Assembly: GCA_963827235.1 (NCBI GenBank)
Contig: CAWHAE010000012.1
Coordinates: forward strand, 544,001-608,000
Reading direction: 5' to 3'
Source: an uncultured bacterium
Lineage (GTDB): Bacteria > Chloroflexota > UBA5177 > JANWHV01
DNA length: 64,000 bases
This document shows, one piece after another, positions 9,769 to 20,323 of this stretch; the first letter of the stretch is position 1, and each line of letters begins with the position of its first letter. The notes under the pieces were generated by a model. That model did not search any database. It was not told where the DNA came from and worked only from the letters and a program-made list of their open reading frames with translations. Both the position numbers and the translations under genes were made by a program.

Positions 9769-10710
9769 GTGCCGGCTCTTCGCGGACCTCGAGGCCTCGG
9801 CAAGAATCGCCGGCGCGACCTTTGGGCGGGCCTGATATTCTCGCTGCCGTTCACGATTGGCTTTCTCGCCTTCACCCTGTATCCCATGGTCGCCTCCCTG
9901 ATCTACAGCTTCCAGCACTACAACGGCATGGACGAGCAGTGGTGGGTAGGCTTCCGCAACTACCTGTACCTCATTCAGAGCGACGACGCGTTCCACGGTG
10001 CTGTCTACAACACGCTCTACATGGTGGCAATCGGCGTGCCGCTGAGTCTCGCTTTCGGCTTCGTCACGGCCATCCTGCTGAATCTGCCGGTGCGCGGCCA
10101 GGCGCTCTATCGGAGTGCACTCGTGTTGCCGGCCTTTCTGCCGCTCGTGCCGATCGCCATGCTCTGGAACTGGATGTTCTCGGCAGACAACGGCATCGTC
10201 AACTACATTCTGAGCTGGCTGCAGCTGCCCCAGCCCGGCTGGTTGATCGACCCTAGCTGGTCGCGTCCTACGCTGATCCTGCTCAATCTCTGGACCGGCG
10301 GCACAGTCACTATCATCTACCTGGCCGCCTTGCAGGATGTGCCCGAGAGTCTCTACGAAGCCGCCGCTCTGGACGGAGCCGGGCCTCTCGCGCGACTGCG
10401 GCACGTGACGCTGCCAATGGTCTCTTCGGCCACGTTCTTCAACCTGATCACCGGCATCGTGGCCGCCTTTCAGATCTTTGCACCCGCGTACGTCATCTCG
10501 CTCGACACGAACAACAATGCCGCGGTCGGCGCGCCCCAGGGCTCGCTGGTCTTCTACCTCATCTACCTGTGGCAACAGGCTTTCTCTGATGCACGCATCG
10601 GATACGCGTCGGCGATTGCCTGGCTCCTGTTCCTGGTGATCATGGTGATCACGGCGATACTCTTTGTCGGTGCCAGGCGATGGGTGTACTACGCGGGAGA
10701 TACCGCCTGA
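9769..10710 (+). CDS. Sugar ABC transporter permease
   Basis: TM segments and LYEAAALDGAG. Confidence 0.92.
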   Translation: MPALRGPRGLGKNRRRDLWAGLIFSLPFTIGFLAFTLYPMVASLIYSFQHYNGMDEQWWVGFRNYLYLIQSDDAFHGAVYNTLYMVAIGVPLSLAFGFVTAILLNLPVRGQALYRSALVLPAFLPLVPIAMLWNWMFSADNGIVNYILSWLQLPQPGWLIDPSWSRPTLILLNLWTGGTVTIIYLAALQDVPESLYEAAALDGAGPLARLRHVTLPMVSSATFFNLITGIVAAFQIFAPAYVISLDTNNNAAVGAPQGSLVFYLIYLWQQAFSDARIGYASAIAWLLFLVIMVITAILFVGARRWVYYAGDTA

Positions 10711-11630
10711 TGTCCAGCACGCAAGAAGCCGAGCCTGTGGCTCGCAATGGTCTTCCACTTGCCAAGCGTGGCAGGACTCTCTTGGGCGTCACCCTGCACC
10801 GCTGGCGGAGCCTGGCCATGCACCTGGTGCTGACCATCATGGCCGTGATGTTCGCATTCCCGGTGATATGGATGGTCATCACGTCGTTCAAGGGACCGCA
10901 GGAGGTCGCCACCGTTCCGCCCACCATCTTGCCCAAGACCTGGCTATTCTCCAACTACCCGGATGCGATGCAATACATCGACTACGGGCGCTACATGTTC
11001 AACACGGTTCTGATCAGCCTTCTCGTCGTGGTCGGCACGGTGATGTCCTGCGCCCTATCGGCCTATGCGTTCTCGTGCATTCGCTGGCCCGGTCGCGGAG
11101 CTCTGTTTGCGCTGGCGTTGAGCACCATGTTGTTGCCGTACCCGGTGACCATCGTGCCCCTGTTCGTCACGTTTCGCACGCTCGGCTGGACGAGCGCGCA
11201 CGACTGGCACATCATTCTGCCGCTGGTGGTTCCGGCGTTCTTTGGCAACGCTTTCTACATCTTCTTGCTGCGCCAGTTCTTTCGCACCATTCCGCGCGAT
11301 CTGCTCGAGGCCGCCAGGATGGACGGCTCGTCATATCTGGACACGTTCTTGAACGTGGTGCTGCCGTTGGCTCGCGCCGCCCTGGCCGTCGTGGCGCTTC
11401 TCTCGTTTCTCGGTACCTGGACCGACTTCTTTGCACCGACGATCTATCTCAGCGACGTGCACTGGTACACGCTCTCGGTCGGCCTCGAGGAATACAAGTC
11501 GCAGCACGGCCTGCAAGCCGGCTTCCTGATGGCAGCCTCGGTCATCTTTATCATGCCGATCGTAGTTCTATTCTTCTTCACCCAGAAGACGTTCATTCGA
11601 GGCATTACCATGACCGGGATCAAGGGATAG
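10710..11630 (+). CDS. Sugar ABC transporter permease
   Basis: ATG coupled to the upstream TGA. LLRQFF..IP.DLLEAARMDG. Ends GIKG. Confidence 0.92.
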   Translation: MSSTQEAEPVARNGLPLAKRGRTLLGVTLHRWRSLAMHLVLTIMAVMFAFPVIWMVITSFKGPQEVATVPPTILPKTWLFSNYPDAMQYIDYGRYMFNTVLISLLVVVGTVMSCALSAYAFSCIRWPGRGALFALALSTMLLPYPVTIVPLFVTFRTLGWTSAHDWHIILPLVVPAFFGNAFYIFLLRQFFRTIPRDLLEAARMDGSSYLDTFLNVVLPLARAALAVVALLSFLGTWTDFFAPTIYLSDVHWYTLSVGLEEYKSQHGLQAGFLMAASVIFIMPIVVLFFFTQKTFIRGITMTGIKG

Positions 11631-11810
11631 CGGTGGGCAGCATGTCGCGGCGGCGGCCTGCCGTAGCCGGATGGCAAGCACTCGGGCGTGGTCTGACCTG
11701 CTTCCGGCCCCTGCGCAGGCCTTCTGCCTGCCCTGGACCGCCGCGCTAACCCACGGAGCACGCGGAATCCCACCTTGCGCGGTTGAGGCGCAGGGCTATT
11801 GCCTGAGGTG

Positions 11811-11824
11811 TGGAAACGTTTACA
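11811..11824 (+). promoter_or_regulatory. LacI/CcpA-type operator
   Basis: TGGAAACGTTTACA is near-palindromic with a central CG and lies just upstream of the oxidoreductase RBS. Confidence 0.6.
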
Positions 11825-11842
11825 GATTGCAGTGGAGGGACC

Positions 11843-12919
11843 ATGAAACGGGTAAGAACGGGCGTAATAGGCTGCGGAGGCGTTGCGCAGGTCATGCATC
11901 TTCCCTACCTGCGTGAGTTGGACGACCGCTTCGAGATCGTCGCGCTCTGCGATGTCTCGCCCAGCGTGCTCGATGCGGTTGGCGACCACTACGGTGTCGC
12001 CGCTCGGTACACCGATTATCGCGACCTCGTCGCGCACGACCTCGACGCGGTGCTGGTACTGACACCGGGATCGCATGGTCCCGCCGCGCTCGCCGCCCTC
12101 GAGCACGGCCGGCATGTCCTGGTCGAGAAGCCGATGTGCTTCACGCTGCGCGAGGCCGACGAGCTGATCGGCGCCTCGCGCAAGCGCGGCCGAGTGCTGA
12201 TGGTCGCCTACATGAAGCGCTTTGACTCGGGCTACCGCTTCGCCCAACAGGCCGTCAGGCGGCTCAAGAACTTGCGCGCCGTCGAAGTGCATATCTGGCA
12301 TCCGTCCGAGCCGCAATACCTGAGCCACCATCGCATCGCCCGCGCTCAGGACGTGCAGGCGGCCGTGTTGGCGAGCATGCGCGCGATGAACGATGAGCTT
12401 GTCCGCGAGGCCATCGGCGACGCACCTCCGTGGTTGCGCTACGCCTATGAGGAGGTGCTTCTGGGCAGCATCATCCACGACATCAACGCGCTTCGCGGCC
12501 TTCTCGGTGCTCCAAGGGCAGTGCTTACTACCGACATCTGGGCAGATGGCCTGGCAGTCATGAGCACCTTTGATTACGGCGAGTCCGCACGGGGTGTGCT
12601 CACCTGGGCGTTCCTCGACGACGTGCGACGCTATCGCGAAGATCTGGCCTTCCTGGCTACTGATGGCCGCGTCGAGATCCGGTTCCCCTCCCCATTCCTC
12701 AAGAGCGTGCCGACACCGGTGGTAGTGGAAAGCACGGAAGATGGGGTGTACGCTCTTCATGAGCACCAAGTCGATTTCGAAGAGGCATTCAAGCAGGAGC
12801 TGATCCACTTCCACCATTGCGTCGTCGAAGGCGCAGAGCCCCTGACGACGGCAGAGGAAGCCAAGGCCGACATCGAGCAAGCGATCGAGATGGTCGCCGT
12901 GTACCAACGCACGCACTAG
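11843..12919 (+). CDS. Gfo/Idh/MocA family oxidoreductase
   Basis: GVIGCGGVA Rossmann motif, HVLVEKP and IHDI. RBS GGAGG. Confidence 0.9.
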   Translation: MKRVRTGVIGCGGVAQVMHLPYLRELDDRFEIVALCDVSPSVLDAVGDHYGVAARYTDYRDLVAHDLDAVLVLTPGSHGPAALAALEHGRHVLVEKPMCFTLREADELIGASRKRGRVLMVAYMKRFDSGYRFAQQAVRRLKNLRAVEVHIWHPSEPQYLSHHRIARAQDVQAAVLASMRAMNDELVREAIGDAPPWLRYAYEEVLLGSIIHDINALRGLLGAPRAVLTTDIWADGLAVMSTFDYGESARGVLTWAFLDDVRRYREDLAFLATDGRVEIRFPSPFLKSVPTPVVVESTEDGVYALHEHQVDFEEAFKQELIHFHHCVVEGAEPLTTAEEAKADIEQAIEMVAVYQRTH

Positions 12920-13103
12920 CAGGTCACCTGTCCTGCTCACGGCCCGCCTGGTCGCGGCCTTCAGGCCGCCTCGCCGGAACGGCGTGGAGCAGAGCAAGCG
13001 ACCCACAGGTCGTGGAATGATAGGCAGTCGAAGGTCGCCCGTGCTGGGCAGGCCGCCCGGCGCAAGGCTCGCGCTGGGTTCCGAGGATCGAAGGAGATGA
13101 GGA

Positions 13104-14054
13104 ATGCGTATTGGCGTTTTCACTGACAGCACCCCGCAGCTTCCGCTTGAGACTGCGCTTGACCGGTATGCGGCCTGGGGAATTACCGCAGTGGAGCTTG
13201 GCACGGGCAACTTCTCACCCGCGCCGCATCTCAACCTGGCCGAGCTGTTGAGCGATGGCGGAGCACGCCGCCGGTTGCTCGACGACCTGGCGGCGCGTGG
13301 CCTGGCGCTGTGCGCGCTGAACTGCAGCGGTAATCCGCTTCACCCCGACCACGATGAGGCGAAACATGACGCGAAGGTCATTAACGACACCATCAGCTTG
13401 GCGGCCTTGCTGGGCGTCGATCGTGTCGTGACCATGAGTGGGTGCCCTGGCTCGCCTGACGGCAGCAGACATCCGAATTGGGTCACATTTACCTGGCCGG
13501 ACCATTTTGCCCAGCTGCTGCGCTGGCAGTGGGATGAGGTCATCCTTCCGTTCTGGAGCGAGACGGCCAGTCTGGCGCGCGAGCACGGCATTCTTCTGTG
13601 CTTTGAGATGCATCCGGGCATGAGCGTCTACAACACCGCGTCGTTGCTGCGGCTCCGGTCCGCGATCGGCCAGACCATCGCCGCCAACCTGGATCCAAGT
13701 CACCTCTGGTGGCAGGGCATGGATCCGCTCGAGGTCGTGCGTGCCCTCGGGCCGGCCATTGGCCACGTTCACGCAAAGGACACTCGCGTGGATCCACACG
13801 TGACCTCCATAAACGGCTGCATCGACACGACGGAGATCGCATCCCCGCTCACCAGCCCCTGGGTGTTTCGTGCCGTCGGCTATGGGCACGACGCTGGCTG
13901 GTGGCGCGACTTCATCAGCCTGCTTGCGATGACGGGATACGATGGTGTGCTCAGTATCGAGCATGAGGACCCGCTGATGAATGCCGAAGAAGGTACGCGC
14001 ATGGCAGCCGCGTTTCTTTCGCCGCTCGTGTTTCAGACCATCTCGACCACGTGA
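13104..14054 (+). CDS. Sugar phosphate isomerase/epimerase family TIM barrel
   Basis: GNPLHP, EMHPG, NLDPSHLWWQGMDP, HVHAKD and GYDGVLSIEHED. Confidence 0.88.
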   Translation: MRIGVFTDSTPQLPLETALDRYAAWGITAVELGTGNFSPAPHLNLAELLSDGGARRRLLDDLAARGLALCALNCSGNPLHPDHDEAKHDAKVINDTISLAALLGVDRVVTMSGCPGSPDGSRHPNWVTFTWPDHFAQLLRWQWDEVILPFWSETASLAREHGILLCFEMHPGMSVYNTASLLRLRSAIGQTIAANLDPSHLWWQGMDPLEVVRALGPAIGHVHAKDTRVDPHVTSINGCIDTTEIASPLTSPWVFRAVGYGHDAGWWRDFISLLAMTGYDGVLSIEHEDPLMNAEEGTRMAAAFLSPLVFQTISTT

Positions 14055-14247
14055 TGCTCGAAGCCGGCCGGCGGCGTCGTCGGCTGCGCTGCTCGCCGAC
14101 GAGGGGGCCATGGCGTCGGAACGCACTACGCTATCGGGGAATGGTGGGCGACGGGGGTACAGCAGTATGATGGCAGCAAAAGGGGGCCGGCTCGGTACCG
14201 CGCGGCCGTAATACCACCGCAGGCGGGATCGCAGTCCGGGAGACGGC

Positions 14248-14784
14248 ATGCAGACCACTACCCTGGGCCGCACCCGGGGCCGGCAAGTCCCGTTCACCGT
14301 CGTGCTGGTGGCGCTCGCGGCGTTCGCCGCGCTCATCATAGCGGGATTCGGACCGTCGATGGAGCACCGCCTGGGGTACCTGCGGGCTCCGGCATGCGCT
14401 GCCGGCACACTGCCGACGGTGGCCTGCGTACAATCTGGGCCAGCCTCGGTGGTGAGCACGAGTCCCACGCGGTATGATTCGCAAAAGAAGCGGTATGCCG
14501 CCGAGGTGGTGACGGTGGCACTGGGCGGTACCACCGTGACCGAGACGTTCGCCGGCATGCCAGACAGGGTGCTTCAGCCAGGCGAGTCGGTGCTCGTCCA
14601 TGTCTGGCGGAACCATGTGGTCAGCATGACGGCGGGCGGGAACGCATACGACAGCGATTACCTCGGCAGCTGGATTCCCTTGATCGCGCTGGCCGGGCTA
14701 GCCGGTATCGCGCTGGTCTGGTTTCTGGCGTCGGTGGTGGGTGGTCAGCCGATTGTTGCGCGCCGGCCCCGCGTCATCACCTGA
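14248..14784 (+). CDS. Hypothetical membrane protein (two TM helices flanking a small beta domain)
   Basis: RBS GGGGAG, N- and C-terminal hydrophobic helices, and GC3-biased codons. Confidence 0.7.
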   Translation: MQTTTLGRTRGRQVPFTVVLVALAAFAALIIAGFGPSMEHRLGYLRAPACAAGTLPTVACVQSGPASVVSTSPTRYDSQKKRYAAEVVTVALGGTTVTETFAGMPDRVLQPGESVLVHVWRNHVVSMTAGGNAYDSDYLGSWIPLIALAGLAGIALVWFLASVVGGQPIVARRPRVIT

Positions 14785-14883
14785 GCGCGCAACGATGACG
14801 CCACGTCAGCGTTGTCTGGAGGTGGAGGACTGTTCACCATTTTGCAGCCGGCTCCCGCCGAATCTGGTTTTCGACGCTCGGCT

Positions 14884-15816
14884 TCATGCCGTTGGATCAT
14901 AGTGATGGGTGGTGTCTGGCCGGGCTCGCACGGCCAGATTCCGCGCTCGAAATGCCGTGGCACTCTGGCCGAAGTACGCCCTGAAGCGCCGGGCAAAGTA
15001 GTTCGGATCCGGCCAGCCGATGCTGCGGCCGACCCGGGCCACCGGATAATCGGTGCGCAGCAGCATGGTGGCCGCGTGTTCTGCTCGCCTGGCCGCCAGG
15101 TAGGCCATGGGAGGTAGACCCGTCTGAAGCCGGAAGAGGCGGGCGAGATAGGAGGCGTTGAGGTGAACGCCGGCTGCTAGCTCGGTCAGCGTCCACTCAT
15201 GGGCGAGTTCCGCTTCCAGGAGACCCACGCCTGCGGCCACGGCCTCGTGTACCGGCTGCTTCCGCGCTTCCAGGTCCTCATCGGCATGTGCCACCATCCG
15301 CGCAAGCTCGGACAGAACCAGGAGCAGATGTCCGAGGGTACTTGCCTTGTCGTCCGGCTCCGCCGCCTGCGCGGAGCCGAAGAGTGCAGCAAGTCGCCGG
15401 CGGAAGCGGGCAAGGGCACCGGGAGCCAATCGCGTGATCAGAATTCCCCGCCGATCCACGCTCATCGGACCTGCCTGAAGCAGGTAGTGCAGCCTTGCGT
15501 CGTCGTGCAGCCAGGCCAACTCGTGCTGCAACAGCTCGAGGCCGAAACAGCAGTTGAACACCTCCAGATCACGGCAATCGAGGTAGCCGTGCCAGGCTCC
15601 CGGCCGCAGAATGCACGCGTCGCCTTTCTGAAGAGGCTGGCATCCGTGGATCGTACTGTGCACGCCGTGGCCGGCGCCGATCACCATGATCTCGACGAAG
15701 TCGTGACTGTGCGTCTCGAAGCTGCCGTCCAGAACTGTGCGCGCGGCATAGACCGGCGCTCGCCCGCCGCCGAATACGCGAGCCCGCGGATAGAGCGCCG
15801 GCTTAGCCTGGCTCAA
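14884..15816 (-). CDS. AraC family transcriptional regulator (RhaR/RhaS-like)
   Basis: Cupin HSHDFVEI..G.G.H plus a C-terminal double HTH (SYLARLFR, DPNYFARRFR). Confidence 0.9.
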   Translation of the reverse strand: MSQAKPALYPRARVFGGGRAPVYAARTVLDGSFETHSHDFVEIMVIGAGHGVHSTIHGCQPLQKGDACILRPGAWHGYLDCRDLEVFNCCFGLELLQHELAWLHDDARLHYLLQAGPMSVDRRGILITRLAPGALARFRRRLAALFGSAQAAEPDDKASTLGHLLLVLSELARMVAHADEDLEARKQPVHEAVAAGVGLLEAELAHEWTLTELAAGVHLNASYLARLFRLQTGLPPMAYLAARRAEHAATMLLRTDYPVARVGRSIGWPDPNYFARRFRAYFGQSATAFRARNLAVRARPDTTHHYDPTA

Positions 15817-16331
15817 CGGATGTCCCGCCTCGATTAGTCAAGAACGTGCTAGCAGGAGCCATACGGTAGGCTAACGCCCCGGGGCATAGCTGCCTCATCA
15901 TCATGATAGAGCGATGGGCAGCCGTGCGGTGCGGCTCGGTCGTTCACGGGCCGCAGAGGAGCCATGCCGGCATTGATGCTGTTGGCGACCAGATGCCCCG
16001 CACGAGGACTAGAGGCGCATCGGGACCTCCTTGCTCCCGGGACCACGCGCGTCCCGCTCGCCTCGGTCTGGCGTACGGGGCGGGCACAGTGGCCGCGTTC
16101 CCAGAGTCGGGAGCGTCGGCGCTCTCTCCGCTGCTGCCGGCGGTATCAACATTGTCCTATACGGAGTCGCCAGGCGGGCGTCGATGCCGGACCCGGTCGG
16201 AGAGCCCTGAGTCTGCCCGCCGTGAGCGGCGGGCTTCAACGCGGGTGGGCATGCCGGGCAGCCCATAACGGTGGACCGGACGGCGGTGACGGAAGCTTGT
16301 TCCCCGGCGGCAGCGCCGGATTGAGGTCGAA

Positions 16332-17483
16332 ATGACGGCACAGTGTGACACAGAGAGGCTGATCGACGGGCTGATCGAGAAGGTCCTGGACCGCTATCCG
16401 CCCGAACGCGTGGCCAACATCAAGGAACGTACCGAGTCCGTTTGGCGCGGCAGTCCCCCGGCTGACCGCATGGTGTACGTGGTGGGCGAGGGCGACGAGA
16501 TTCGAGATCTCCCCCAGATCCCGGAGGAAGCGAGCCAGGATCAGACGGACCTGATCATGCAGCTACAGACAATCGCCAACCACGCCGACTGGGACGACGA
16601 CTTCTTCCCGGCTATCGGCTCCGGACTCAGGCAGGTCGCCATCCCCTCCTATTTCGGCTGTCGCGAGGAAGCGGTCTCCGCGTCGAATCGCGTGGGACCA
16701 ATCATCACCGACCCAGCCGACGTCTACTCCCTGCCCGAGATCGGCTTCGTGCCGGGCACTGTGGGCGGAGATATCCTGGCGAAGATGCAGTACTTCCATC
16801 GACGCACGGCCGGCCGCATCCCCGTTTACATGACGGATATGCAGGGGCCGTTCTCGATAGCGGCGCAGCTGTGGGGCGTCGAGCCGTTCCTGCTTGCCGT
16901 GCAGGACTGCCCGGCAGAAGTGCACCATCTGCTGCAGAAATGCACCGACGTGGCGATCGGTTACTACAAGCTGATGCGCGAGGCCGTGGAAGGCGACTGG
17001 GTGCCGCTGCACTGCCACCCCCTGCTCTGGATGCCCGAGAGCCTTGGAGTTGCCGCCAGCGACGACTTCCTGGCCATCGTGTCGCCTCGCTGCCTGCGCG
17101 TGTTCAGTCGCCCTTACCTGGAGCAAATCGCGGCGACGTTTGGCGGTGTCGTCGTGCACTCCTGCGGCAGCATGAACCGGGCGATTGGCGAGCTCAATCA
17201 GGTCCGTGGTCTGATCGGGCTGAATTTCAGCTCCACGGAAACGGATTTGCCGATGCTGGCGGCGGAAGCCGATCCTCGCCTCGTGCTGCTCGTCCACTGC
17301 GCCGGCGTACATCGCAGCGACCTGCCGCAGTTGACTCCATTGGAGCACATCGAGCAGTGCAGGCGCGTCTTCGCGGAGCACCACCGGGCGGGAATGTGCA
17401 TGGCCTTTCCCTGCGCCGGCGTGCAGCCCGATCCGTGGCGGGACGCGCAGGAGTACCGGCAGGCGGCGACCTACCGTCAATAG
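16332..17483 (+). CDS. Uroporphyrinogen decarboxylase/MtaA-like family protein
   Basis: TDMQGPFSIAAQLWG, SDDF..IVSP and VVHSCG. Confidence 0.75.
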   Translation: MTAQCDTERLIDGLIEKVLDRYPPERVANIKERTESVWRGSPPADRMVYVVGEGDEIRDLPQIPEEASQDQTDLIMQLQTIANHADWDDDFFPAIGSGLRQVAIPSYFGCREEAVSASNRVGPIITDPADVYSLPEIGFVPGTVGGDILAKMQYFHRRTAGRIPVYMTDMQGPFSIAAQLWGVEPFLLAVQDCPAEVHHLLQKCTDVAIGYYKLMREAVEGDWVPLHCHPLLWMPESLGVAASDDFLAIVSPRCLRVFSRPYLEQIAATFGGVVVHSCGSMNRAIGELNQVRGLIGLNFSSTETDLPMLAAEADPRLVLLVHCAGVHRSDLPQLTPLEHIEQCRRVFAEHHRAGMCMAFPCAGVQPDPWRDAQEYRQAATYRQ

Positions 17484-17705
17484 CCGGTCAAGAAACCGGT
17501 TCCATAAACGGTTGCCTTGGGACAAACAGTCGTAACCGGCTCCGGCGTACACCGGGCGCGCGTCCGGCGTACGCCGGAGGGGCGTAAGCGACCACCTTCT
17601 CGAGGAAGTAGGTCAGCCGTCCAGAGAAGACCGACCGGAGACGCACGCTCCGGCGCTGTTTGTCGGCTGGCGCTCGCTCGTGATTCGCCAATTTGCGACG
17701 GCACC

Positions 17706-17756
17706 TTGACAACGGCGCCGTCCAGGAATATAGTGACCGCTGTGAAAGAGGTTACA
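17706..17756 (+). promoter_or_regulatory. Consensus sigma70 promoter with an operator overlapping the lacI start
   Basis: TTGACA(17706)-17 nt-TATAGT(17729). TGAAAGAGGTTACA at 17743-17756. Confidence 0.75.
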
Positions 17757-18833
17757 CAGCCGGGGACCGAGTTACAGAGCGCGACGATTTACCAGGTGGC
17801 GGCCCGGGCGGGCGTCTCGGTGGCCACGGTGTCGCGGATGATCAACGCCAGCGGGTACGTAGGGGCGCGGTCACGCGAGCGCATCGAGTCGGCGATGAAG
17901 CAGCTTCACTACGAGCCGAATAGCCTGGCGCGCAGCCTCACCACCAAGCAGACAGAGATGCTGGCGCTGCTGGTGACCGACATCTCCGACCCGTTCTCAG
18001 CGCAGATCGCGCGCGGCGTGCAGGATATAGCGCGCGAGGTAGGATATATCCCGATCATCTGCAGCATCGACGATGATCCGCAGATCGAGATCGAGACCGT
18101 GCGCTCGCTGCGCCGCAAGCGGGTCGATGGCATCATTCTTACCAGTCTGACGCAGACTCACGGCGCCAGCAGCGAAGATCACGTGCGCGTGCTGCACACG
18201 CTGTGCGAACAGGGTCTGGCCGTCGTCTGCATCGGGCGGCCGCCCATGCACCCTCGCGCGGACGTGGTCACGACGGACACCGGCATGGGCGCGCGCTCGG
18301 CAGTGGCGCACCTGGCCGCGCTGGGACACCGGCGAATCGGCTTCATCGGCGGCCAGATCAGACTCGGCGTCGCCCTGGGTCGCCTCACCGGGTATCGCGA
18401 GGGATTGGCCGTTGCCGGGCTCTCCGCCGATGTCCGTCTGGTGCGTGAGGGATACCTGGACGAAGCCAGCGGCGGGCGCGAGACCCGCGCGCTGCTCGCC
18501 CTGCCCGATCCGCCTACGGCCATATTCTGCGTGAACGATCGGACGGCGTTCGGCGTGCTTTCCGCGCTCGACGAAATGGGACTTGCCGTGCCGGACGACA
18601 TCGCCGTGGTCGGCTTCGACGACGTGCCGTTGGCCAGCCTGGTCCATCCCGCGCTGACCACGGTGCGCCAGCCGGCGCAGGAGATCGGCAGGCAGGCGGC
18701 GACGTACCTGCTCGAGCGTATCGCCCATCCAGACACGCCGCATCAGCGGAGCGTGCTCCCATGCGAGCTCGTCGTGCGGCGATCGAGCGGACCGTTCCGC
18801 GCACCGGCGTTCCGAGCGGAGAGCGGCGCGTAA
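17742..18833 (+). CDS. LacI family transcriptional regulator
   Basis: HTH ATIYQVAARAGVSVATVSR, YEPNSLARSL, VGFDD and PALTTV. An in-frame GTG 8 nt after the -10 box was taken as the start. Confidence 0.92.
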   Translation: MKEVTQPGTELQSATIYQVAARAGVSVATVSRMINASGYVGARSRERIESAMKQLHYEPNSLARSLTTKQTEMLALLVTDISDPFSAQIARGVQDIAREVGYIPIICSIDDDPQIEIETVRSLRRKRVDGIILTSLTQTHGASSEDHVRVLHTLCEQGLAVVCIGRPPMHPRADVVTTDTGMGARSAVAHLAALGHRRIGFIGGQIRLGVALGRLTGYREGLAVAGLSADVRLVREGYLDEASGGRETRALLALPDPPTAIFCVNDRTAFGVLSALDEMGLAVPDDIAVVGFDDVPLASLVHPALTTVRQPAQEIGRQAATYLLERIAHPDTPHQRSVLPCELVVRRSSGPFRAPAFRAESGA

Positions 18834-18979
18834 CTCGCGTATACCGCCATGGTTGGCGACAGAAAGGAGGGCCCCAGCGCGCATATCGACTATGAAACCC
18901 ATTCCAGGTGGTGACCTGTAGTGTGTGGAATGCCGGCCAGTTTCCCTGGCTGAAGTTTTCGGGCAAAGGAGCAATCCGG

Positions 18980-20323
18980 ATGGAACTGTCGACGAGGATA
19001 TCCCGGCGGACCATGCTGCAAGGCGCTGTGGCCACGGGCGCGGCACTGGCTGCTGGTAGCGCCTTTCCCCGGTCGTCCCAGGCACGAACCGAGGATGCCG
19101 ATACCGTTACGCTGGACTTCTGGACCAATCACGACGCGGCGACCGACGTGCCGCTGTTCAACAAGGTGATCGCCAACTTCGAGGCCGCCAATCCCGGCAT
19201 CAAGATCCATCTCACCAACTATCCTTCCTCAAGCCCCTTCGATCCGTCCATCATTCCTACACGCGGAATCAGCGGCACCCTGCCCGACGTGTGGTACAAC
19301 CGCACCTACAACACGGCCGACCGCGCCAATCACGGTTGGACCATCTCGCTGGACTCCTATGTGAAGCGCGACAAGATGAGCATGAGCGACTTCTGGCCTG
19401 CCGAGGTCGCCCAGATGCAATGGAAGGGACACCTCTACAGCCTTCCCTACGACTTCTCGGATTTCGGCATCTACTACAACAAAGCCATGTTCGACAAGAA
19501 GGGCATCAAGTACCCGCCGGCGGACGGGAACTGGACCTGGGACGACGTGTTCAAGCTCGCGGCCGAGTTCGTGGAGAAATCGGGCGTGCGCCAGACGACG
19601 TTCGGTATCGATCTCACGCCGCTCACCTATTTCTGGAGCACGGCGGGATTCGTTCTGGCCTGGGGCGGCCAGTGGTATAGCGCCGATCTGCACAGCTTCC
19701 CGATCAACAACGACGGTGCCGCAACGCTGTTCCAGACCGTGGCGGACGCGATCTTCAAGACCAACTCGGCAATCAAAGGCAGCACGTTCCCGGCCGGGAC
19801 CGACTCCCTGGCTACCGGTCAGGTAGCAATGGACCTTGACGGCTCGTGGGCCACGCTCCAGCACCGCAATGACATCGGCAACCGATTTGACTGGGACGTC
19901 GCTCCCATGCCCAAGGGCCCGACAGGCAAGCTGCCGCTCTCTGAGGCCGGAGGCGCCTGGTCGATCGCGACGAACAGCAAGCATCCGGACGAGGCATGGG
20001 CCTGGATCAAGTTCCTGACCAGTACGGCCTCGGATGACATTCTGATCTCGGAGCCCGTGCGCAGCATGCCGGGGCGCAAGTCTGCCGTCCCACTGTGGGT
20101 CAAGACGGCCAAGTCGGCCGGTTTGCCGCCGGCGCACGCATCCGTGTTCGCAGACATCCTGCCCTACTCATTCAACGTGGCCTCCGTGCCCTACTACCAG
20201 GAGTTGCAAACCCTTTCGAGCACCTACATCGGCGATATCATGACGCTCAACAAGCCGGTGAAGGATACCCTGGCAAAGTGGCAGGCTGCCGCCAACGCCG
20301 CGATAAAGAAGTATAAGTTCTAA
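18980..20323 (+). CDS. Sugar ABC transporter substrate-binding protein with Tat signal
   Basis: ISRRTMLQG twin-arginine motif, IYYNKAMFDKKG and WDVAPMPKGP. RBS AAGGAG. Confidence 0.9.
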   Translation: MELSTRISRRTMLQGAVATGAALAAGSAFPRSSQARTEDADTVTLDFWTNHDAATDVPLFNKVIANFEAANPGIKIHLTNYPSSSPFDPSIIPTRGISGTLPDVWYNRTYNTADRANHGWTISLDSYVKRDKMSMSDFWPAEVAQMQWKGHLYSLPYDFSDFGIYYNKAMFDKKGIKYPPADGNWTWDDVFKLAAEFVEKSGVRQTTFGIDLTPLTYFWSTAGFVLAWGGQWYSADLHSFPINNDGAATLFQTVADAIFKTNSAIKGSTFPAGTDSLATGQVAMDLDGSWATLQHRNDIGNRFDWDVAPMPKGPTGKLPLSEAGGAWSIATNSKHPDEAWAWIKFLTSTASDDILISEPVRSMPGRKSAVPLWVKTAKSAGLPPAHASVFADILPYSFNVASVPYYQELQTLSSTYIGDIMTLNKPVKDTLAKWQAAANAAIKKYKF

